From NCBI GenBank assembly GCA_001949185.1, contig BDGG01000001.1, forward strand, positions 1,168,652 through 1,232,651: DNA of 64,000 bases. Reading direction: 5' to 3'. The notes beneath the pieces are model-generated. The model was not told the origin of the DNA. It did not search any database and saw only the letters and a list, made by a program, of their open reading frames with translations. Shown piece after piece: positions 26,163 through 38,295 of the stretch. The first letter of the stretch is position 1, and each line of letters opens with the position of its first letter. The translations under genes and the position numbers were made by a program. This stretch comes from Ramazzottius varieornatus. Its lineage: Eukaryota; Animalia; Tardigrada.

Positions 26163-26960
26163 TCAGTCTTTCATGGAAGGCGATCCGTTCTTCTCGTCGG
26201 AGGCAGCTCGCCGACGGCGACTGGACTTCTCGGCCATGGGCGAAGGACTGCGAGAAGCTGCTTTGCTGGTCTTGCTGCGCTTCTCGGGCTTGGACTCCAT
26301 CGGGCTGGGAGATCGACGACGTTCACGACGAGGAGAGCGACTGCGCGAACGACGACGTGGAAATGATCGCTCTTCCCGTCCACCTCCTCCACCTGAAATC
26401 AAGCACATCTTTGTTTACTCTCCACAACCAAACAAACGCACAACTGACTCTTCTCGACAATCTACTGAATATCGGCTCTGAAATCAACGCAAGCAAAAGA
26501 CTCAACGACGGCCACGACTCACTATACGTTGATTCATGGCGAGCCATTGCGGAGTAAACAACTGCCAACATTACAGGCGCACTAGATTGATAATCTCAGC
26601 CTTACGGCCCAACATACCACGATCTCGCCCACCTCCATAGTTCCCTCCGCCGTTTCCCCCACGATCACCGAATCGTTTGGGCTTGGATCGTCCACTAGAC
26701 AGCTCAACTCTCACACGCCGACCACACAGATTACGACCATCCATGTCTCGAGCAGCGTCTTCAGCGTCGCGAGGATCTTCGAACTCGACGAAGGCAAAGC
26801 CGGGAGGATTACGGGCTACCCATACGTTGCGAAGGGGTCCGAAACGACCGAAAGCATGTTCCAGCTCACTTCGATCGCCATTATTGCCCAAATCACCGAC
26901 ATAAACTTTACAGTCCAAAGGTCCAGAGCTTCGCTGCGTACCGGAACCTCCGCGAGACAT
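26163..26960 (-). CDS. SRSF3: SR splicing factor, SRSF3/SRSF7 (Rbp1-like): one RRM plus RS domain, no zinc knuckle
   Basis: CKVYVGDLG...[30 protein letters not shown]; exons 26960-26618 and 26392-26163 (phase 1); RS/SP repeats. Confidence 0.93.
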
Positions 26961-28003
26961 TGTTACTGTAATGGAGACAGAATTCAGGCGAGCACAGGTG
27001 GCAGTTGGTGCGATCGGAGACATAAGCCGAACTGGCGAAAAATTTCGATCCTGGGAAACTCACCTTCTGACGGCTAAATGCTGATGTCCCAGAGTAATAA
27101 CTGTAGCTTGTGAACGCGCAGTGGAGACCTAATCCAGGAACGTGAGAGAAGATACACGTGAACAATCAGAAGAGACTAATGGAGCAGAAGAAAAACTCGA
27201 AGAAAAACTGAAAAAGTTGAAAGATTCGAAAATCTGTTCAGCCTTTTGTGTGTGCGCCCATCAAGACCGGCTCTATGACGTCATCGGGCCGCATTTGGAC
27301 TCACGTATGTTTTCTGACATAAGCTAGACGGTTTTGACATTGCCGGTCAGAAAGACTGGAACAAATTTCAGCGCCTTTTCCTCGTGTTTTCATCAGACTG
27401 AATTAGTCGTTTCGTGATGTCCAGTGGCCGGCAGCTGGTTTCGAAGTTCGAGTTTCTAGTGTTAGTGAGCAATATGGCCCCGCGTACTGAATCGTATTGA
27501 CTTCTTAGTTTTCGTTCGGATTTGCGCGAGGAACAAATACATGAACTCTTCTAGCTTCCGACTTTTTAATCGATACCAGCTTAATCGTGTTCACGCCGGT
27601 AGCCGCGGTAGGATAGAAAATAGTAAAACGATTTCCAGCGACGAAGATACAACTTCGGTACCGGGTACACGCAAATCTTAATCGAGCTTACCAAACCAAA
27701 TGTGAACATTTAAAGTATCCCAACCATGAAAACAGTTCTGCATTCTACAGAGCGTTCTGCGATGTGGGCAGATCTAGAAAGATAAAATCAACCGCCACGT
27801 AGTGAACACTAAGATTTGCGACGCCTGCGAGGGAAGTATGTAGTTATAGGGGGGGTTAAAGAACGTCATTAATAGTTTCGCGTGAAGAGTTATGGAGAGC
27901 GAGGGGATATTCGGACCAAGGCCGTGCACGGTGAAAGCGGTCTTCTGATTAAGGTTCGCCGGATACATCAGACTGCGGAGCATATAATGAACGAGCACAA
28001 TTC

Positions 28004-28757
28004 TTATGCAGCGGCTTGGGTTTGAGCTAGCTGCAACAGGGCTTCCTGGACTTCGGCGAGGGTATTCTTCTCGGTGGCGGTTGTGACACTAGGTGGCAAA
28101 GTCACACCGTTCAATTTCACTTCCGTCTCGATGAACTTGTTGAATTCTTTCGTCAGTTCTTGACGGTACAGGGCCTTTCCGCAATCCCGGAAAATTTCGT
28201 TGTCGAAGCAATTCGCTCTGAAAATACAATGAACCATGAATGCAAGTTTGGCGAGTTGTGGAGAACACCGCCATAACGAAAACAGTAGTTGAACACAAAT
28301 CAAATTTATAACGTGTATCTTCACTCGCGCAACATCTCGTAGAGAGAAATCAAGTCTTTCTATTGTTGTATTTCGAAGCTGTTCACTTCACTGCTACAAG
28401 GCGCAATTGAATATTGTCACGAAACAGAGGTTTGAGCAGATTATCGTATGCTCAATTTTTATGTTTTGCTTACCGGCATTTCATGTAGAAATTCGGGACG
28501 CGGTAAATCTGGAAGCATTCATCGCAAAGACGATTCAGCTTCGTCGTCAGTTCTTTATTTTGGGTGACGCGACATCGTTCAATGGGCATATCTTCGAACT
28601 GGCGTCCTGGTCGGTTGGCCGCTCTGCCGTCCGGCAAGAACTGCATGCGCTCCTGCAGCATCTCCCGAATGATGGACTTGGAGTCCGTGCCCGTGACTGT
28701 CCATCCAGCCATCAACATGGCCACCACCACACACAGCATCATCATCCTTTGACCCAT
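28004..28757 (-). CDS. ITP: CHH/ion transport peptide family neuropeptide precursor (165 aa), non-amidated long C-terminus
   Basis: Exons 28757-28474 and 28217-28004. Signal peptide, precursor-related peptide, then QFEDMPIERC...LNRLCDECFQIYR...KCR|ANCFDNEIFRDC with the six-Cys CHH spacing and the conserved phase-2 intron in the Arg after Cys4. Confidence 0.92.
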
Positions 28758-29640
28758 CGTCTACAAAAAAACGGAAGACCGTCCACAAAAGTCATACACA
28801 TGGCGATTGGGAACATTGTGACAACAGAACGACGGTTATCACTACTCTTCAATCGAAGCTTAAATTAAGCCACACACTCCGCTGACTAGTGTAAAGTTTG
28901 CGTACTAACTTGCATCAAAGTAGTCCAATTGATGGGACTCAACTTCGACTTTGACCTTTGGTCTTACACCAGCCGGCGATGACTAAAAGCTGAGGTAGCG
29001 AACTCGATCAAAATCCGCTCGGATGGTCTAACATGAAAACCAAGAAAAAAAGTCCCAACGACCCTGGGAAATACTACTGGAGAAGGAACCCTGGGAAGTT
29101 CCACGTTCGCATACTGCTCAGATTCCAATGTACACAAATAAACAGAAAACCTCCTTCTTATACATAGGTTATTTGGACCTTCGAATGAAAGCAAAAAGGT
29201 TCCGGATGGTCGCCCAGTGGTGACTGATTGGAAAGGAAGAGACATATAGTTGGATCGTTGACGTCACAGGAGACGGGAGAACTGCCTTCTGGGGCCCAGA
29301 TGATAAACATCAACACTTCGCGGGATACTAATTTGGGAGCTAAGGCCGTCATCAGCGGCGACCCACTTGAGTCCTTCCTCGTTAGCGTCAACGAGCGAAC
29401 GCGCAGACATTACGACGCCGACCAAGACAAACATCGTTATTTTGACGAGATCATGCTTATTGCTGATGGCTGATTAGGACTGAAGATCAAGTTTGTGCCG
29501 TACGACTCATACCTGGGAAATATCCGAAAAGATGTGTTCCTCAACGTTGGGAAGTTTCTGGTTTATGTCCTTCTGCAACAATAATCTCGACGTGTTTCAT
29601 GTGGAACCTTGGTAAATGATTTGCAGCCAGATTTCTATCT

Positions 29641-29702
29641 CAAGTGGCGCACGGTTTCGTTGTTTCTGGCCAAGAGAGTGTGCCACTTGGGAAAACGATC
29701 TG
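29641..29702. repeat. Family A unit upstream of the ITP coding exons
   Basis: CAAGTGGCGCAC-N25-GTGTGCCACTTG-GGAAAACGATCT. Confidence 0.8.
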
Positions 29703-32116
29703 GGCAAATGCGCTTGCGCACGTCTCGTATGCTGTCATGAGTTATCAAGATTTCTCACGCGAAAATCTGGCACTGGTTTGCTCGACGGAATGGGCCCGCA
29801 GCTGGTGGATACGCTTGGTCGATCGCCAGACAGAATATCGGGAGAGGCTGTGTCGTGACAGATCAAGGGGCTTCAGCAAACGACGCGGAGGCGTTGTCAA
29901 AAGCACTGGTGTGGTGGCTTAACAGTGTTGAATAATGGTTTCGGTCCAGGTGTTGACGGACCAAGGCCTGACGTAAACGAGGAAGACAAAGAGACGGATC
30001 GAGTTTCCGAGTGATGGAACTTTCGTGGCCCTTCAAGAACAGCGTGTTCATAAGGTGGGCTTGGATGTCAGTGCACAATACCGTCATATCCGTGGAAAGT
30101 AGAGAAGTCAAGTAATCTAAGCCCAGAAACAGTGCTCAGGACGCCGGCAAACATTCGTAAGCCGCGCAGCAATCTCTCATGTGGACGAGCTGTGGAGGGT
30201 GGTGTGAAAGAGTGACTTTCGCGTAGACTCCAGTGTAGTTACTTTATGGCGCGAGGAAAGAACGCGCCATGACGACGAGGACGACGACGCAACCTTCGAA
30301 CGTGCAGTTATGTTTAGCTAAGCACGAGCGGAATCCAGAGCAAGCATCTTGAACGAGAGCCAACTCAGATTTGGCCGGATGATACTGGGCTTTTTCACAC
30401 AGTTAACATGATTAATCGGCAAGGCACTCTCGTTATACCCAAGTGTCTAACATTCTTCTTCGTTCTAGTATTTGGCTGGTTTCTATCACGCTGATGTTCG
30501 AACGCTGATGGAAAATTAATGCATACGGGTCTGCTCACGCGACTGACGGCTGACACCAGCGGCTGATCTTGACCTTTGGCAATAACCTTCTGAACAGCGA
30601 CCCCGGATCTAAAAACCCCTGTCATCAAACACCAGATAGGCTAAAAATTCGAAGGAAAGAAGCACAGAAAACGCTTTTTTCCTCCTGTCAGGAAGAGATT
30701 TTTCTGTGTCCGAAGATAGGCAGTTTTGGAACACGGATAAATATCTATTCAGTATCAGAAAAGGTATAATTTAGCTACCCCTTCGACAAAAAAATCTGCA
30801 TAATTCAGGCGCTTATTCTGCTGTTCTTCCCAGCTAAAGGAAAAGTGAAAAACATGATTTTCGGAGGGAAATTTAATTTCATCGAAACTTGTCCAAAATC
30901 ACGGAGCACTTCATAAAATACCAAGAAGACAGTTAGTTTCAAAACTTACAGAATTGAGCAAAAAAACAACCGAAATCAAAAGACACCATGTGCACCGAGC
31001 TCGGAAAGACTTTCTTCAAGACCGCAACACCACAGTCAGAACAGAAAAGAATAATTATATAAAGGTGGGGAAATGATGTTTCTTCTCAGCTGCAGTTCAG
31101 TTGACCTGTAAAATGAAGCAGTAGTTTGCCATCGGATAGCTGGAATGTTCACCAAAACACATCCAAAATGGCTCCAGTCCCAAGCTGACTGACAATACGT
31201 ACCGGCCAGCTTACGTAGTGAAATCCGCGAGCTCGCTATTCAACCTTCCGTCCTGCCTACTGATGTGTCTTGTGACGCGCTATCCGTTTCACGTAGAAGG
31301 AACAACCTGCAACCTGCAAGATGAGAATCACCATATAATTACAAGTAGTCAATCAGCGCAAACACAATCAATCATACCAAAGTCACCAAAGGACGGGAGA
31401 TGGCTTAGCACGGACAATTATTAAGCTCGAGATAGTCCTTAGTCAGCGATTTCGAGTTCTAGAGGGTGAGGTATCCACCTTGTAGCTGATATCTCCGAGC
31501 TCGGGCGAAAGACGGCGAGAAGCGACCTGATCAAACGGGATCGTCATACAGTGGCCAAACGCAGTCCGTCCGATTCCCTTGTCAGGGAATCGGACGGTGC
31601 AGGGCAGCGGCGTTCTCGTCTCCCGAGCGGGTACTTGTCCCGTCGCCGAGCACGGATTCTTCTTTATAAAAGACAGCTTTGGAAGCCGATCACAGGATTG
31701 GATCGGTTCTTCCGAGAAAAGAGGAGAGTTCAGACAAGCAAAGTTCAAAATGGCCTCTTGTCAGAAACAAAACCGCTGAATCAAGCCAGGCGCGGTTGAT
31801 TCAAGTAGGGAATATTTTCAGCTGTACTAGCGAGACTCCGCCTCCATCCGTTTTGTGTTTGGCCTGAGCTTTCTCAGAGCTTACGACCGAATTGGCTTAG
31901 AAACCACCCACAAAACGAAAAACTCCACTCGATTAGCCATTTAGTCGCTCTGCTTTGATACAGCAATGCGCGACTGAACTCTGCAATTTTAACCGGGGAC
32001 CTTCTGCGGCCTCACCTGCAACCCACGCTCCACGACAATACACTTGTCCAGTACTACTACCGGAACATTGTTAAGGTGAAATGCAGGACGACTTTCACAT
32101 CGATGCGAATGTCATC

Positions 32117-32487
32117 TAGAACCCTGCAACATGCAGCACGTTCTGCACTGCAATGCATTTTACTGCAATGCAGTGCGGTTGCAGTCGCCGAAATGGTAAG
32201 AAAATGCAGTTACAGTGCGGTTGCAGTTTTGAAAAAGTGAGCACCGTTCATCGCAGTACACTGTTGTGGGCTAGAAAACAGTAGTAAAATCGGCCGACTT
32301 TCATTTTCTGGCCGGATTCTACCGTTTTTCGGTTGAATACAACGACGTTCACGTTGTGTCTGACATGCATTTCCGTTGGTGGGCAGAAACTCTTAATTTT
32401 TAAATGCAGTGCAGTGCAGCTGCAGTTTCTGGAAACCGGATGCAGTGCAGAAGCAGCACTGGTTTCAGCTACTGCTGCATGGCTCTA
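32117..32487. mobile_element. hAT-type MITE, 371 bp, TGCAG/CTGCA-rich
   Basis: TIRs TAGAACCCTGCAACA / TGCTGCATGGCTCTA (12/15); 8-bp TSD ATGTCATC / ATGTCAAC (7/8). Confidence 0.8.
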
Positions 32488-33822
32488 ATGTCAACTGAAC
32501 CCAACTTTGATTCACTCAATTCCAGAACTTTAACTTTCAAAACTTCAAAAACAAGAAATTTCAATACTCTAATTTCAGAAAAGGGACCTTTCAGAACACC
32601 CAGATGAATCAAACAAATGCAAACTTCTTGATTTTGAAAATCATAGATTACCAAAGCACTGGCTGAAACCGGTGAGAGGTTGCAAAACTCGAGGCAGTTT
32701 GAGATCAACGATGGAACAAACGACTGATGCTGGCGATGGTCGCTTGCCCGGCAGTAATTAGCCCACGAAGTTGAAAAGTTCCGGCTGAAATGCAAATCTG
32801 ATTCACGAGTGAAATTCAGGAGCGAAACCGACGAGCGAAACGCCCCTTCGTTTCGTGAATCGCGAAGCAAATTCTTAATTTTGAATTTTTAGACATTTTT
32901 AAATGCAATCGTTTAGGCCAGAACGTCGTTTGTTAAAACCATATGGGTATCCTTTAAGGTCTCCACATGTTTCATCGAGCTCCTTTGAGCATCCGTTGGC
33001 GTAGTCAGAACGTCTGCAGAACACTTATCGATGCGAGAGGATGCAGCCAGACCATTTCTACCAGCCACTGCCCGTCAGGCTCTGCGTGCTGCTGAGTTCT
33101 TGGCAACAATACCGGACAAAATACACTGTCCACCACAAGTCTATGACCCTCCTTATCCCTCATTCAAAAATTCGTCTCTTCCATTCCAGCGGTCTGATTT
33201 CAGAACTTTCAACTGTTGCTTGTTGTTTTAGAGTTTGTTTTTTTTGGACCACGTGATTTTCCACGGACATAAAGTGATTAACAAATCAACTGGTACGATC
33301 AACTTCGCCGACCCTCAAAAGTAGCCCGATTTGGACCCTCGCAGATCAGTCCGCCGGTAGCGAAACATGAAAGCTTTGTAGTCTAAAAATATAACAAACA
33401 TCTGCCTACCGAGGGAAGCAAGTGAGGCAGTCGGAGGTTTGGTCGAGGAATGGTGGGTGCGACCCGAGTACCATCTCAGCCCGCATTATGAATCTCAAAA
33501 TCTTCGAGTGCCGTGGTTCTGAACTGGTCCGGACAAATCTATGTCAGATTGGTAGCTAAGTGTATCCTGCGAAAGAAAAAGTTGAAAATTCTGCGTAGTC
33601 TCGTGTTTGGCGCAAGGTGTGAGCGAAACAGTAGTTCAAAGGCGCTTTTTCTAGCTTCGATTAGTGTCTGGTCCTTTAGCATCGTTCCTCAACTGAACCT
33701 CTGGTTTGCTCAGTTTTCTCTTGCCTCAGTATCTGAATGCTTGTTACATTTTTAGACTACAAAGCTGGCTCGNNNNNNNNNNNNNNNNNNNNNNNNNNNN
33801 NNNNNNNNNNNNNNNNNNNNNN

Positions 33823-33894
33823 GTGCGTTCGAATGATTTATTGATGCCAAAAGTATTTTAGCCGACTCAACATCAATAAATCAATCGAACGCAC
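33823..33894. repeat. Hairpin next to an assembly gap (probable MITE part)
   Basis: GTGCGTTCGA.TGATTTATTGATG ... CATCAATAAATCA.TCGAACGCAC inverted arms, followed by TTAGCCG/CGGCTAA repeats. Confidence 0.6.
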
Positions 33895-35037
33895 GATACA
33901 TTCTAGCCGTGGCTAAAAGTATTTTGGCAGCTTTATCCGCGGCCAAAATATTTTTCGCCACGGCTAAGAACGGCTAAAGCGGCTTATTTTAGCTTCGCCG
34001 AGCCTTCTATACCCAGTTCATGTTTATATTGTAATAGCGACTTCAGTCCTCCGACCCCAACCTTCAGCCTGACTAGTTCACCGGTCACCAGTTACTATCG
34101 GTCCTCTTCGAACACGCATTGGACCGAGTTTCGACTCGGTGCGTAACTGTGGAGAAACCATCAATATTAATGCGTTGCAAGCCGTTCCACACCCTAACTA
34201 TGTGGAAGGCCGACTTTCGACAATGGTAGATATTTTGATGTTTATTGACCATTTTGGGACAAAGTCTATGTCCTTGTTCAGATCGTTTTACACCGAATGG
34301 TTGCAGATATGGCCGTCCTGCACCCCTCGGTTTCACGACCAAGAGCGCCTGTGCCTGCAAGCTGTGCAAATCGATGCACACCCGCCCACCGGAACTATCT
34401 GCTTAGCAAGTGGCTTTAGACTGATCGGAAACCGCAACCCCCGCCACCTCCCCCTCGACCGCAAATACCGCTAAAGATCACAACAGAAGAAGTACGATCT
34501 AACGACGCAGCGAACTGTCTCAGTGCAGCAGGAAAAGAGCTGAGCTTTTGGGTTTGTGCCGTTAGAGGCGTGACAACTGGCACCTGTCAAGGTAATTATG
34601 CGGTGTAATTACAATGCGCTGCAAGGGTCGACCAGATCTTCCCGCACTAAACCAGTGCGGATTTTCGGCTTCCTTACACTAACCCGTGCATGGTATCGAC
34701 CGGACGATAGCAAGCGTTGTGTAAGATTTCACTGTCCTATCTGATGTTCTTGTCCTTGTAGGTGATAGTGGCGGTCCTCTTTCCTGCTTCGATCCGACTA
34801 CGAGGGCGCAGTACCTTGCCGGTGTTGTCTCGCATGGTACTGGAAGTGGCGACCAGCCGTTTCCTGGCATGTTCGGTGCTGTTTACAGATATATTGATAG
34901 TTTTATTGTTCCGAATAGTTTGGATGATCAGCTAACCTTTTTTTGAGCTTTGGTTCGCGCGCTGGTGCATAGTCTGTACCCTGGGGACCTTCCAGGTAAT
35001 GTCATTAGATATGCGAGGGAAAGGCTGTAAACTTAGC

Positions 35038-35307
35038 CGCCCCATACCGGGTTTGTGAAGTTAGCCACGGCTGTAGCGTCTATGGCTTGATTGACCATTT
35101 GATTGTCAGCCTTGGCTTTTTGACATGGGATTTCAACATTTCTTTAATTGCGGATCTCTTGGATTCTCTGACTCCAAGCGTTGACTGCATCTGATACCAT
35201 TCGACAGCTCATCATTTTATCTACCGATCTATACTTGAAAGTTTGGGATTGAGTAGTAGAGAACAGGCAAACTTACACGGCTAACTTTACAAACCCGGTA
35301 TAGGGTG
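35038..35307. mobile_element. TIR MITE (~270 bp) about 170 bp upstream of the RFC5 start codon
   Basis: Roughly 30-bp TIRs: CCCATACCGGGTTTGTGAAGTTAGCC / GGCTAACTTTACAAACCCGGTATAGGG. Confidence 0.75.
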
Positions 35308-35475
35308 ATCCTGTTCTTATCCTTCCGTACTTTCACTCCTTTGGAACTGCAACCCACCATTAACCGCCTGCGTTCTGCTTATCCAGCGCTCTCGGGAGTC
35401 GGAGTTTTGATACGACAGGCAAGCAGAGGCATTCTCGTCGTCGATTACTCACCAGCTACTACCACCGGCAGAAAA

Positions 35476-37978
35476 ATGGCGGGGAGAGATATGGGATTAC
35501 CACTAGTTGCGGCTGGACCGACAGGAGTTCTGGGAGGACTCCCGTGGGTTGAACGATACCGTCCGACGTCCATGAACGAGCTCATCTCACACGACAACAT
35601 TCTCGCAACTCGTAAGAAATGGCAGGTTCAGTTTGATTTCCGTTTCGCATGCTGATCCACGCATGACGTCACCGAAAAACGCAAATGTATCGTTGGAATT
35701 GATGACGTCTGCGCCAAGCATTGTAGTGAGAAAATCCACCTGTGGCTGACCATATGTTTTGGTACGGTTGATTGATTGACTCTGCTGGATTCTGTTTCAG
35801 TTCAGCGTTTCCTGGTGGAAGATCGTCTGCCTCACCTGCTTTTCTACGGTCCTCCTGGCACCGGAAAAACCTCCACCATTTTGTCCATCGTCAAGCAGTT
35901 GTACACACCGAAAGAAATTCCGTCTTTGGTGCTCGAGCTGAATGCGTCAGACGATCGGGGTATCGACATTGTTCGAAACGAGATCGTCAACTTCGTCAGC
36001 GCTCGGAATGTCTTCAGCAACAAAATCAAGCTTGTCATCCTGGATGAAGCCGACGCCATGACGAAGGATGCTCAGAACGCTCTCCGTCGAGGTATATCTG
36101 GCATTTTACATTCTACAGTCTGGGAAAGTCTTTTCCTAACGATGGTTTCTTCGCAGTGATCGAAAAATATACGAACTATTGTCGATTTTGCCTTGTCTGC
36201 AACTACCTTTCCAAAATTATCCCTGCCATCCAGTCCCGCTGCACACGCTTCCGCTTTGCACCGCTTACTATCGAACAGATGCGACCACGTCTGGAAGAAG
36301 TTTTGGGTCAAGAAAGGTGAGTTTGACAGTCTTTGGGTTTGGAGTGGATTTCCTTTCCCCATTCAAACTGGCGCAGTCTTGAAATTTGCTGACGTCAGGG
36401 ATCACAGGCTGTAGTACGAAGGTCGAGAGTTTGACTCCCCGGATCCATCTTTTTGCACGAAAAAGTTCTCTTCAAAATTTACTTGTTTCTTCTGACTTAT
36501 TTGAGTTATCCCTACTCACCTCGGACTCGATATAAGCTCTTGATTTGGTCTAACAGACTAGGACTTGCAGGGCCGAGTGGGATGAAAGTGGAATGGACGC
36601 CGCCCTGATCCTGGCCAAAGGCGACATGCGCAAAGCGCTAAATCTTCTTCAGTGCACCTTGATGGCGTACAACAAGATCAGCGGTGACGCCGTCTTCAGC
36701 TGTGCCGGCCATCCTCTACGGTCCGAGATCGAGAAGGCCGTGGTCGCTATGATGAACCTGCCCCTGAGCGAGGCGGTAGCCGAAGTGGACGAACTGCGGA
36801 CCATGAAAAGCTACGCTGCTCAGGATGTCCTTCAGGACATTCATTCTTACCTTGCTGACCGTAAGTCTTCCCCTCTTTCTGGTTCCATCAGAACGGCTTT
36901 TTTATTCTGATGGTTTGATTTTTGACTTTTAGTGGACCTTCCAGCTGAAGTCCGCATTTTACTCTTGGAGAAGATGGCCGATATTGAGTGAGTGTAGAGC
37001 TGTTAAAAACCAGACCAGACTATTTAGAAAGTGGTTTATATGGTTTATGTGGTTGGTGGTTTGACATCCAAACCAAACACCTCAAAACATATGGCATCTC
37101 AACCCAAACCACTCAAACCGGTTTCGACCTTACGCCAAACCATATAAACCACTGGTTTATGTGGTTTCATATGGTCTGCGGTAAGGGGAAATTTCATACG
37201 AAATCTGCGGATTCCGTGCTAGAACTCGAGCCGGAATTGGCCATCTGGCAATGCTAATCCTTTCCCACTCACTGCCACCGTGCACAGCTACATCGTTCTG
37301 GTTGGCTATGAGTGCCATCTGACACGCAGCTTTAACTGGGTGCGCACTATGTCACAAGCTGCTCGACTTGAGAACTACGCCTTCCGTCATGCGGAAATCG
37401 CAGTTCCGAAAGTGTTGGACAGCACTGCTGGTGGAAAAATGATTGCACTACCGTATGGCTTGCCATGGTGCTTTTTCAGTTCAAGCACGTGCCAGTTTGG
37501 CCTGTTTGCATCTGTTCGTAGAGAAATCAGCAACTGTCGCTCAACTTCTTGTGTCCTCGGTGATTATTTTCGTTGGTTAGTCAATTGAAGAAAACTGGCA
37601 GAATTTACTATGTACTGGTGAACCAAAAGGTGTTCGCAAACCGGTTTAGACCGGCGGTTTATGTGGTTTGGTTTGAAAATTGGACCAAACCACCAAAGGT
37701 GGTTTGCGGGAGAAACCATTTTCATTTAACCGGTTTGGCATGCAAACCACCACTTAAACCAAACCATATGGTTCAAACCATTAAAAGCTCTAAGTGAGTG
37801 TAACAAGAACGGTCCAGTTGTGAACACTATCAAGAACTGTAAACATTCAAAATCTAATTTCCTGGTTACACTTTCCAGATATCGTTTGTCCTCCGGATGT
37901 AGTGAGAAAATTCAGCTGAGCTCGCTAGTGGCAGCCTTCTTCATTGCTCGAAACCTCCTCGGAAAACACACTGCTTGA
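35476..37978 (+). CDS. RFC5: Replication factor C subunit 5
   Basis: LPWVERYRP, Walker A PHLLFYGPPGTGKT, VLELNASDDRGID, KLVILDEADAMT.DAQNALRR, SRC motif (IQSRCTRFRF), GDMRKALN, C-terminal MADIEYRLSSGCSEKIQLSSLVAAF; six exons. Confidence 0.95.
36995..37792. mobile_element. hAT-type non-autonomous element (798 bp) in the last RFC5 intron
   Basis: TIRs TAGAGCTGTTAA / TTAAAAGCTCTA; perfect 8-bp TSD AGTGAGTG at 36987-36994 and 37793-37800; many subterminal AAACC/GGTTT repeats. Confidence 0.92.
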
Positions 37979-38295
37979 TTCTGGCCAAGAACACCCGAGC
38001 TATTTTTTCCTTCAGTCCAGAGTCACTTTGAGAGCAGGATATTTTTTCCAGTTTCTTCCCTTTTGTTTTGTAGTCTGTACAGCTCTCGAACTTCTTTCAG
38101 CATGACAGACTTTACAAGTCAGAATCTTACTTACGGATCACCGGGTTTCTAGCTTTGTGTATTCAGAAGCACAACTGTGAAATGAGCTGAGGCTTTACGT
38201 GAGTCTCACGGAGAAATACCAGAGTGATAAAAGCAACGGGTAGACTATCTCCACTAAAACAACAATACGCGCGAGCTATAATCTTATCAACAAAA

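Noticed and set aside
30950-31065. Non-coding first exon and TATA box for the ITP gene
   Set aside because: Plausible (minus-strand TATA near 31060, donor at 30949, acceptor at 28761) but cannot be established without transcripts.
34139-34474. 111-aa ORF next to the gap
   Set aside because: No ATG start, splice context or recognisable domain; lies among repeats.
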